10,630 nucleotides of DNA, taken from assembly GCA_043816965.1 (NCBI GenBank), contig JBDRHK010000091.1, forward strand, positions 1 through 10,630. Reading direction: 5' to 3'. This stretch comes from Candidatus Iainarchaeum sp. (GTDB lineage: Archaea; Iainarchaeota; Iainarchaeia; Iainarchaeales; JAFCCJ01). The position numbers and the translations under genes are program-made. The stretch's first letter is position 1. Every line of letters starts with the position of its first letter. The notes beneath the pieces are model-generated. The model was not told the origin of the DNA and did no database searches. It saw nothing but the letters and a program-made list of their open reading frames with translations. Shown piece after piece: positions 1 to 7,207 of this stretch.

Positions 1-13
1 TTTCTATTTAAGC

Positions 14-1099
14 ATGAAAATTGAAGCAAAGACATTGGTCACGCCAGATATGGTGAAGCCAACAAGGAAAAATTTCAGGATGAGGGGCGTTTTCAACCCT
101 TCTGCCGTAAGGCTGAAAAACAGGAAAATTCTCCTCTATGCAAGGGTTGCTGAAACTCCCTACCATGATGAAAAGACATTCCTCGCCCCAAGGTGCTGTG
201 GCACGCACAAGCTCGAGTGGCAGATTGAAAAGTTAAGCAGGAGAAAGATGACGCTTGCCCCCGACTATTTTTGGCTTTCTGATGAAATCTCAAGGCTCCC
301 CACAATTTCCCACTTCAGGAAAATACTTCTTGACAAAAGCGGCCTGGAAGTGGAAAAGGTAAGTGACAAGCCTGATTTTTATGGGATAAGGGATGACGGC
401 GATTTTGGTGTTGAGGATCCAAGGATCACTTATTTAAAAAATGAAAATAAATATGCGATGACCTATGTTTCTGTTTCTTTGCACAGCGGAGTTTCAACAT
501 CACTTGCAACTTCCAAAAACCTTAACAGCTGGAAAAGGGAGGGCATAATCTTCAGGCAGCAGAACAAGGATGTTGTGATCTTCCCCGAAAAAATTAATGG
601 CTATTATGTCGCCCTTCACCGACCTGAGGGAACTATGATTTTCAGCAAGCCAAGCATCTGGATTTCCTATTCAAAGGACCTCTTGTTCTGGGGAAGGGAC
701 AGGCCATTGCTTGACCCGAGAAACCATGCCTGGGATTATTTGCGGATTGGGGCAGGAACAGTCCCCCTAAAAACAGACGAGGGCTGGCTTGAGATTTACC
801 ATGGCGTTAAACTCACGAAAAAGAGGGACCCTGATTCACACAAAATTTACATGGCAGGAGCTCTCCTTTTTGACCTTAAGAACCCTGCAAAAGTGATAGG
901 AAGGACACGCGCAAAGGAACCATTGTTCGGTCCTGATCTTGACTCTGAAAAAAAAGGATTTAACGATAAGGTTGTATTCCCTTCGGGCTTAGTTCAAACT
1001 TCAGACAAAAAAAGCGTGCTCATTTATGGTGGCGGAGCTGATACTGTGATTACTGTTCGCAAGATGAGCATCAAAAGTGTTCTCAACTCGATGAAGTGA
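14..1099 (+). CDS. Glycoside hydrolase family 130 protein (five-bladed beta-propeller), probable beta-mannoside phosphorylase
   Basis: 361-aa ORF with GH130/DUF377 motifs in the expected order: VFNPSA, GVEDPRIT (catalytic Asp), YAMTY, NKDVVIFPEKING, LHRP, WD..RIGAG, WLEIYHG, VVFPSG, IYGGGAD. No signal peptide. Confidence 0.9.
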   Translation: MKIEAKTLVTPDMVKPTRKNFRMRGVFNPSAVRLKNRKILLYARVAETPYHDEKTFLAPRCCGTHKLEWQIEKLSRRKMTLAPDYFWLSDEISRLPTISHFRKILLDKSGLEVEKVSDKPDFYGIRDDGDFGVEDPRITYLKNENKYAMTYVSVSLHSGVSTSLATSKNLNSWKREGIIFRQQNKDVVIFPEKINGYYVALHRPEGTMIFSKPSIWISYSKDLLFWGRDRPLLDPRNHAWDYLRIGAGTVPLKTDEGWLEIYHGVKLTKKRDPDSHKIYMAGALLFDLKNPAKVIGRTRAKEPLFGPDLDSEKKGFNDKVVFPSGLVQTSDKKSVLIYGGGADTVITVRKMSIKSVLNSMK

Positions 1100-1151
1100 C
1101 AAAAATCGCCAGAGGTTATCTTTTTTATTTGTTTCACCCACTAAAGTATAC

Positions 1152-3359
1152 GTGTTGAATCTTTTTTCTTCAAGCAAGGTTGTCTTTCTCTCAACCTACC
1201 CGCCGAGGGAATGCGGCATCGCAACTTTTACTAAAGACCTCTCTGACGCAATCCACAAAAAGTTCGGTTCACATGTCCAGCCAAAAGTAATCGCCATGGA
1301 AGAGAACCAGTCCGAATTCAGGGTCTACAATAAAAAGGTTGTTTTCAATATAAATGAGGATGATCTGGAAAGTTATGGGGCCGCAGCAAAAAAAATAAAC
1401 TCCATGAGGAGCATAAAAATGCTGAATATACAGCATGAATTCGGCATTTTTGGCGGGGATTGGGGGGAGAATATCCTTCATCTGATGGAACTTGTCAAGA
1501 AAAAAATAATCGTCACCTTCCACACCGTTCTGGAGGAACCTGAAGAGGATTTGAAAAGAGTTGTGGAGCGTATATCTGAAAAGAGCGACAGAATTGTTGT
1601 AATGACAAACAATGCAAAGGAAATCCTTGCCAATGATTATGGAATTTCTGCTGAAAAGATTGTTGTCATCCCCCATGGCGGGCCAAACGTCAACTTCTCA
1701 AAGCAGAAAAACAGCCTGAAGAAAAAATATGGCCTTAAGAATTCAAAAGTTCTTCTCACCTTTGGCCTGTTAAGCAGGGGCAAGGGCGTGGAGTTGGTCA
1801 TAAAGGCAATGCCTGAAATACTTAAGAAGCATCCCGATGCCTTTTACCTTGTTATTGGGGAAACACATCCTAAAGTCAGGGAGGAGGAAGGGGAATCCTA
1901 CAGGCTTGAGCTTAAGGAACTTGCCAAAACACTGGGTGTCGAGAAATCCGTTAAATTCCTGGACAAATATCTCAGCCTTAATGAAATAGTGGATTTTTTG
2001 AATTTATCGGATGTTTATCTTGCGCCCTCAATAGACCCGAAGCAGATATGCAGCGGAACAGTTAGCTATGCCATGGCTGCAGGCAAGGCGATAATCTCGT
2101 CCCGAAACAAGTACAATGAGGAGGTCCTTGCAAATGGAAGGGGAATTATGTTAAAGCGAAACAACCCGAAAGTTTTTGCAAAGAGGGCAATCGAACTTCT
2201 GGATGATGGCAAGCTCAAGAGAAACTTTGAAATTAAGGCATTTGATTACAGCCGGAGAATGACCTGGCAGAATGTTTCGGCAAAGTACTACAATACATTT
2301 TCAAATCTTTTGCCTGGGGAGTTCAACTACTTTAGCAAGCTTCCAAGAATCAATTTTAGGCACTTTTACCACATGACTGATGATTTTGGGATGATACAGT
2401 TTGCGGATTACTCCAAACCACTGAGGGAGAGCGGTTACACCCTTGATGACAATGCAAGGGCGATTTCGGTCTCCGCGAAAGGTTATGGGATGTACAAATC
2501 ACAGAAGATGATCCGTGCGGCAGATACTTTTATGGGATTTATTGAAAAATGCCAGATAAGTGATGGGTATTTCCATAATGTCCTTGACATAAATCGGGAT
2601 TTTGCCGATGACAGGGGAAGCGAAGACAGCTTCGGAAGGGCAATACACGCTATGGGCAATGTGCTTAAAAGTTCCCTTCCTGAACAGTACAAGTTAAGGG
2701 CAAAGAAAGTTCTTGAGAAGGCGATTGGCAGGAGCGATGAACTGATTTCCCCCAGGGCGCAGGCCAACTCCCTGATAGGAATGGCCTATGCAAAGGATTT
2801 GTTGGATGTTAATCAGGAGGCAATTGAAAAAATTGCCAATTCCCTGGTTTCAAAATTTGAGGAAACCACCGATGGCAATTGGGAATGGTTTGAGAAATAT
2901 CTCACCTATGGGAACAGCATTATCCCTGAGGCCCTTTTTGAGGCCGGAAAATTTGATGAAACCGGAAAGACAGGGAAGGTCGCAGCGACTTCCATGGACT
3001 TTCTGACCAAAACCCATTTCATCGGGGAAAAGCTTGTCCCGATAGGCCAGGATGGCTGGTTTAAGAAAGACCAGGAAAGGTCCTTCTACGACCAGCAGCC
3101 CATTGAGGCAGGTGGAATGACTATCGCATACCTTAAGGCATATAATGCCACAGGCGACAGGGATTATCTGGCAAACTCAAGGAAATCATTTGAATGGTTT
3201 TTGGGAAGAAACTCCTCCAACCAGATGGTTTATGACGATTCAACAGGTGGCTGTTTTGATGGCATCACAAGCAACGGCGTAAACCTGAACCAGGGGGCGG
3301 AATCACTGCTGGCCTACCTCAACGCGAGATTGACGCTGCAGAAAGCGCTTGCGCATTAA
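1152..3359 (+). CDS. Glycosyltransferase family 4 (mannosyltransferase-like subgroup) fused to a C-terminal six-hairpin glycosidase-like domain
   Basis: 735 aa, GTG start. The N-terminal ~385 aa are GT-B: STYPPRECGIATFT, IQHEFGIFGG, TFHT, VIPHG, TFGLLSRGKG, GETHP, Q..SGTVSYAMAAGKAIISS. The C-terminal ~340 aa are helical with MTDDFGMIQFA, GYTLDDNARA, SEDSFGRA, WFE.YLTYGN, DQQPIEA, WFLGRN, GGCFDG, NQGAES. Confidence 0.88.
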   Translation: MLNLFSSSKVVFLSTYPPRECGIATFTKDLSDAIHKKFGSHVQPKVIAMEENQSEFRVYNKKVVFNINEDDLESYGAAAKKINSMRSIKMLNIQHEFGIFGGDWGENILHLMELVKKKIIVTFHTVLEEPEEDLKRVVERISEKSDRIVVMTNNAKEILANDYGISAEKIVVIPHGGPNVNFSKQKNSLKKKYGLKNSKVLLTFGLLSRGKGVELVIKAMPEILKKHPDAFYLVIGETHPKVREEEGESYRLELKELAKTLGVEKSVKFLDKYLSLNEIVDFLNLSDVYLAPSIDPKQICSGTVSYAMAAGKAIISSRNKYNEEVLANGRGIMLKRNNPKVFAKRAIELLDDGKLKRNFEIKAFDYSRRMTWQNVSAKYYNTFSNLLPGEFNYFSKLPRINFRHFYHMTDDFGMIQFADYSKPLRESGYTLDDNARAISVSAKGYGMYKSQKMIRAADTFMGFIEKCQISDGYFHNVLDINRDFADDRGSEDSFGRAIHAMGNVLKSSLPEQYKLRAKKVLEKAIGRSDELISPRAQANSLIGMAYAKDLLDVNQEAIEKIANSLVSKFEETTDGNWEWFEKYLTYGNSIIPEALFEAGKFDETGKTGKVAATSMDFLTKTHFIGEKLVPIGQDGWFKKDQERSFYDQQPIEAGGMTIAYLKAYNATGDRDYLANSRKSFEWFLGRNSSNQMVYDDSTGGCFDGITSNGVNLNQGAESLLAYLNARLTLQKALAH

Positions 3360-4103
3360 TCAGATTAATTTCCCCGCATCCTCATCCACGATAATTGTTG
3401 CGTTCTTGTGGTTCCTGAGAATTGAGGAAGGAATATTTTTATTTGGCTTGCCCTTCAGTGTTTTTGAAATCGCCTTCGCCTTCTCTGCGCCGCTCGCCGC
3501 AAGCACAATCCTTTTCGCTTTCATGAGTGTGCTTAGGCCGAGGGTGATTGCCCTTCTCGGCGGTCTGCCCTTCATCCCCTTTCTCTTCCTCTCAATCGTT
3601 GAGCGCTTCAGTTTCACCACACGGGTTTTGGAAACGAAACTTGCCCCAGGCTCATTGAAACCGATGTGTGCATTGGCACCGATGCCGAGCAGCAAAAGGT
3701 CAATTCCTTTGCGCGCAATAAACGATTCAAAACGCGCGCACTCTGTCCTCAAAGGTCGGTCAGTATTAAACAGCATAATATTTTTCTTTTTGAAATTAAA
3801 TTTCGCGAATAAATTCTTTTCGAAGTAATGTGTTAAAGTGTCCCTCTCATCACTTGCCCCTATGTATTCATCCAGTTCAACAAAGTATGCCCTTGAAAAG
3901 CTGACCTTCCTTTTCCCGTATGCCTTCGCCAATTCTTTGTAAGCCCCCCTTGGCGTATTACCTGAGGCAAGTGCAAGAACTGAAGAGGGTTTGCGTTTGA
4001 GTTGGCCAATAATTTCCTGAGCAATTTCCTTGGACAATTCAGCGTAATTTTTTACCTTTTTTACGCAAAGCATTATTTGCCTGTTCTCTTTATTTTGCCT
4101 CAT
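3360..4103 (-). CDS. nagB: Glucosamine-6-phosphate deaminase-like protein (NagB family)
   Basis: Motifs LALASGNTP, ELDEY (catalytic Asp), GIDLLLLGIGANAHIGFNEPG (catalytic His/Glu), AITLG....KAKRIVLAASG.EKA, P.SIL.NH. Start moved from the track's 4421 to the ATG at 4103 (alternative ATG at 4073), because the longer version lies antisense to the PIG-L gene and the NagB fold starts at about MLCVKKVKNY. Confidence 0.85.
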   Translation of the reverse strand: MRQNKENRQIMLCVKKVKNYAELSKEIAQEIIGQLKRKPSSVLALASGNTPRGAYKELAKAYGKRKVSFSRAYFVELDEYIGASDERDTLTHYFEKNLFAKFNFKKKNIMLFNTDRPLRTECARFESFIARKGIDLLLLGIGANAHIGFNEPGASFVSKTRVVKLKRSTIERKRKGMKGRPPRRAITLGLSTLMKAKRIVLAASGAEKAKAISKTLKGKPNKNIPSSILRNHKNATIIVDEDAGKLI

Positions 4104-4158
4104 ACCACCAAAAAAGAGGGAATAACAGTATTTATTACTTTGCCATAAATCCCTATAT
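4104..4158. promoter_or_regulatory. Divergent intergenic region with a shared, bidirectional archaeal TATA-like element
   Basis: 55-bp gap between the ATG at 4103 (-) and the ATG at 4159 (+). The AT block TATTTATTA at 4129-4137 reads TTTATTA on + and TAATAAATA on -, about 22-30 nt from each start. Confidence 0.5.
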
Positions 4159-4737
4159 ATGGTAAAGGCATTGGTAGTTGTTGCGCATCCTGATGATGAG
4201 ACAATCTGGATGGGTGGCAAGATTTTGCGGGAGAAGGGCTGGAATTGGACAATTCTCTCATTATGCAGAAAGGACGATAAGGACAGGAAGCCGAAATTTT
4301 TCAGGGTTTGTTCCGAGTTGAATGCGCGCGCTTTTATTTCAGATTTGGATGATGAGAATCCTGAAAAGAAACTTCCGCTTGATGAGGTGGTGAAGCGCGT
4401 TGAACCGATTGCGATGGACAAGGAGTTTGATTATGTTTTCACGCACGGAAAGAACGGCGAGTATGGCCACAACCGCCACATCGAAGCCAACAAAGCTGTC
4501 CGTGCAATGGTTAAGGACGGATTGGTTAAGTGCAAGGAGTTGTTCGAGTTTTCCTACACACACAAAGAAAATCCGTCTTGCTGCGTGCCGAACGCCCGCG
4601 CGCGCGAGATTTTTGTGCTGAATGCGCGCGAAATCAAAAAGAAAAGGTATTTAATAAACAAAGTCTACTGTTTTGATATGGGCAGCTTCGAATCACTGAG
4701 CTGTTCAGACAAAGAAACGTTCAACAAGGTTTTGTGA
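4159..4737 (+). CDS. PIG-L/LmbE family Zn-dependent N-acetyl-sugar deacetylase
   Basis: 192 aa. N-terminal LVVVAHPDDETIWMGG and second motif VFTHG..GEYGHNRH (H-x-x-H). Its TGA stop directly abuts the next ATG (TGAATG). Confidence 0.88.
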   Translation: MVKALVVVAHPDDETIWMGGKILREKGWNWTILSLCRKDDKDRKPKFFRVCSELNARAFISDLDDENPEKKLPLDEVVKRVEPIAMDKEFDYVFTHGKNGEYGHNRHIEANKAVRAMVKDGLVKCKELFEFSYTHKENPSCCVPNARAREIFVLNAREIKKKRYLINKVYCFDMGSFESLSCSDKETFNKVL

Positions 4738-5943
4738 ATGGAGATTGCAGAGACCGTTGCCGGAGAGCAACAAACAGATAAGAAAGACGCTTCAGAAAAA
4801 TTCAAGAGCGTTATCTTCTATCCTTTTCCTGCCGAACTCGATGGCGTGAGCCTGCAGGGAGATTTCCTTTATAAGGGGCTGAAAGAAAATGGATATCCTG
4901 TAAAGCCCTGCGACAGGGACGCCACCTTTGAGAAGGATGTGCTGTTCGGAAGTTTTAAACCAGATGTTTCAATCGGAATAGGCTTTTGGGGGGACACACC
5001 AAACATAATTATTGATCCAATGAAAAGGGGAATTACTCCTGTGCCATGGATTAATGCCGATGGATGGGTGGCGAATTATCATGATATTCTCAACGAACTC
5101 CCCCTGATAATGGTCACAAGCAATTGGGTTAAGGAAACCTATAGGAGAGACGGTGTTTTTAACCCGAATATGTATCCCATGCCAATAGGAATTGACACAA
5201 AACAAATGAGCCCTATCCCAAAAGATGACCCTAAAGTCGTTAAGATGCGCGAACTTCTTGGGGTTAAGCCTGATGAGAAACTAATCCTAACGATTGGGGG
5301 GGACACAACCAGCAAGGGCTTTCAGGAAGTTCTTAAGGCGCTGGGGAAGATAAATGGCGATTTCAGCAAGTGGAAATATGTGGGAAAAAGCTGGGAGGCA
5401 AAGGAGCCAAGGTACCATTATAGGGACGAGAGAAAAATAATTAAGGATGAAGACCTGCCCATGAAAAGGATAAAGTATATTGATGGCCCGATTTCAAGGG
5501 ATACCATGAGGACACTTATTTGTGCAGCCGATATCTATGCCGCCCCAAGCAGGATTGAGGGATTTGGAATGATTCAGGTTGAGGCGCAATCATGTGGAAT
5601 TCCTGTTCTGGGAATAGATGCAATGGGGGTAAAAGACACGGTTGTCCATGGTGAAACCGGCTTCCTTGCAAAAGTCGGGGAAACCATTGATTTGGAGGAG
5701 GAGTGGGTTTACAAAAACATGGGCTTCAAGGAAAAGCATATTGTAAAATTCGATGAGCCCAAAACTTTTGCCTGCAGGGCTGATGTCGATGATTTGGCGG
5801 AATATCTGCTAAAAATGCTTACTGATGATGAAATGATGCAAAAGATGGGTGAAAAGGCAAGGGAACATGCGGTAAAGAATTTTGATTACCATAAGGTTTC
5901 CCTGGATATTGCGCACCTGATTGAGGAAAAATTGAAAATTTAA
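4738..5943 (+). CDS. Glycosyltransferase family 4 protein (retaining GT-B)
   Basis: 401 aa. VTSNWVK, PIGID, SKGFQEVLKAL, AADIYAAPSRIEGFGMIQVEAQSCGIPV (intact E-x7-E), DTVVHGETGFL, MGEKAREHAVKNFDY. Confidence 0.92.
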   Translation: MEIAETVAGEQQTDKKDASEKFKSVIFYPFPAELDGVSLQGDFLYKGLKENGYPVKPCDRDATFEKDVLFGSFKPDVSIGIGFWGDTPNIIIDPMKRGITPVPWINADGWVANYHDILNELPLIMVTSNWVKETYRRDGVFNPNMYPMPIGIDTKQMSPIPKDDPKVVKMRELLGVKPDEKLILTIGGDTTSKGFQEVLKALGKINGDFSKWKYVGKSWEAKEPRYHYRDERKIIKDEDLPMKRIKYIDGPISRDTMRTLICAADIYAAPSRIEGFGMIQVEAQSCGIPVLGIDAMGVKDTVVHGETGFLAKVGETIDLEEEWVYKNMGFKEKHIVKFDEPKTFACRADVDDLAEYLLKMLTDDEMMQKMGEKAREHAVKNFDYHKVSLDIAHLIEEKLKI

Positions 5944-5983
5944 ATAATTCCCCCAAACACCAATCCTTTCGGAGTTCTGGAAT

Positions 5984-6553
5984 TCACATCTTAATTTTAT
6001 CTTTCACATATCTGGGGCATTTCCTAAGGTATTTTTTGAGCGTGTCCCTGTCGCTTCTTTTAAAAAGATTTCTCTCAACCTCTTCCGAAAGTGGCTCACG
6101 GAAATAAGCGAAATCTATGAGGGTTTTTTCAACGTCGGACACAGGAAGCCAGTAATCGTAGTATTTTACCGGCTCGAAGCCAAAAAACATCTTTCGGCTT
6201 ATCCTCCTCAATAAGGCATTAGTGCCCATAACCTCCCTAATTCCTGTGCGCACCTTTTTTGGCGTAATTATAACCGGATTTGTCTCCTGCTCCCAGAGGT
6301 TGCGCAGGGAAAGCGCTTCCTGAAGCCCATAATAAAATGGCGAAAAGGCAAAACCTGAAACACTTACATCATCCTTGAAGCTATAAAAGCCGCGTGTTAT
6401 CCTGTGTATTTCGCCACTACTTTCCAGATTGTGCAAAAGAAGCTGCGCATATCCCTTGCTGATGCCCTTTTTTGCCAGGAATATCCTTAAATCCCTTATT
6501 GAAAATGCGGGCTTCTCCCCAAAATGTTCCCTGACATATTTCACATATTTCAT
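5984..6553 (-). CDS. AbiEi-like type IV antitoxin / winged-helix transcriptional regulator
   Basis: 189 aa. N-terminal wHTH (FSIRDL...YAQLLLHNLESSGEIHRITRGFY), central YYGLQEALSLRNL, C-terminal VSDVEKTLIDF. 4-bp ATGA overlap with the upstream nucleotidyltransferase gene. Confidence 0.78.
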   Translation of the reverse strand: MKYVKYVREHFGEKPAFSIRDLRIFLAKKGISKGYAQLLLHNLESSGEIHRITRGFYSFKDDVSVSGFAFSPFYYGLQEALSLRNLWEQETNPVIITPKKVRTGIREVMGTNALLRRISRKMFFGFEPVKYYDYWLPVSDVEKTLIDFAYFREPLSEEVERNLFKRSDRDTLKKYLRKCPRYVKDKIKM

Positions 6554-7194
6554 TTCACAGGCCTCCCCAATGCATTAAGCATCTGCCCATAGGACGGTAT
6601 CGCGCCTGAATAGATTAATGTGCGGAGGTTTTTTTCATCAACAGGCCCTATTCCCCCGGCCAGCAAATCCCGAATGCCCTTTTTCACCGCCCCTCTTTCA
6701 GTTATCTTCATGTTGAGGAAATAGATATCATAAAAATCCCTGACAAGCTTCCTGTTACGGTATGCATCTATTTTCTCCAGCAGGAGGCTTTCCGGGGAAA
6801 GGGTAAAAACATCCATATGGCTTCCGTCTGCCTTCTCATATGCCCTCACAACAGGGTTTTTTGCTGTTCGCAGCGCCAGTTCAAGCCTGACCTCAACAAC
6901 CCCATTACTGACTGATGAAAAGATTGTGTTTGCTGTCTGCCTGAATTTCCGCAGCTCAAGCCCTGAGGAAAGCGCTCTTTTGCTGAATTCCTGCCTGAAA
7001 TTTTTTCCTGCTTTCAGGTAGAAATCAAGGTCTTCTGAAAACCTGTTGCCCTGGTAGCATCTCCATATTGCAGTGCCACCATGCAGCACCGCCCCCTGTG
7101 AGATTCCGTATACTATATCAACAACCTCGTCCTGCAGCAGGGCCAGGTCTCTGTGAAGCCTCTTTCTAAGCCTTTTGAATAGGGGAATTTTCAT
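6550..7194 (-). CDS. AbiEii/AbiGii (DUF1814) nucleotidyltransferase toxin
   Basis: 214 aa. Signature LHGGTAIWRCY...RFSEDLDF, followed by LLLEKIDA and RDFYDIY (conserved Lys and RD.YD motifs). Confidence 0.9.
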   Translation of the reverse strand: MKIPLFKRLRKRLHRDLALLQDEVVDIVYGISQGAVLHGGTAIWRCYQGNRFSEDLDFYLKAGKNFRQEFSKRALSSGLELRKFRQTANTIFSSVSNGVVEVRLELALRTAKNPVVRAYEKADGSHMDVFTLSPESLLLEKIDAYRNRKLVRDFYDIYFLNMKITERGAVKKGIRDLLAGGIGPVDEKNLRTLIYSGAIPSYGQMLNALGRPVK

Positions 7195-7207
7195 AATTAA
7201 TTAAATC

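Noticed and set aside
1120..1134. T-rich tract after the GH130 stop
   Set aside because: Could be an archaeal oligo-T terminator or a TATA-like box for the next gene; the two cannot be told apart from sequence alone.
948..1395. A8 homopolymers (948-955, 1388-1395; also T8 at 8738-8745) as phase-variation or frameshift sites
   Set aside because: They are in-frame Lys-rich codon runs in intact ORFs of an A-rich genome, with no broken frames.
3349..3828. 159-aa hydrophobic + strand ORF that looks like a membrane protein
   Set aside because: Antisense shadow of the Lys/Arg-rich nagB; reverse-complemented AAA/AAG/GAA codons give Phe/Leu runs.
4104..4421. 106-codon N-terminal extension of the NagB ORF given in the track
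   Set aside because: Mostly antisense to the well-supported PIG-L gene, Ser/Phe-rich shadow composition, no NagB similarity, and it spans the divergent promoter.
4159..5943. Calling the pair mshB/mshA or bshB/bshA
   Set aside because: Only family-level motifs match, the second deacetylase motif deviates, and no cysteine ligase is present in the window.
5944..5985. Imperfect hairpin AATTCC...TCC-TTTC-GGA...GGAATT between convergent genes, including a CCAAACA matching the operator arm
   Set aside because: Stems are short and interrupted, there is no U-tract, and a 7-bp match is expected by chance; not enough to call a terminator or attachment site.
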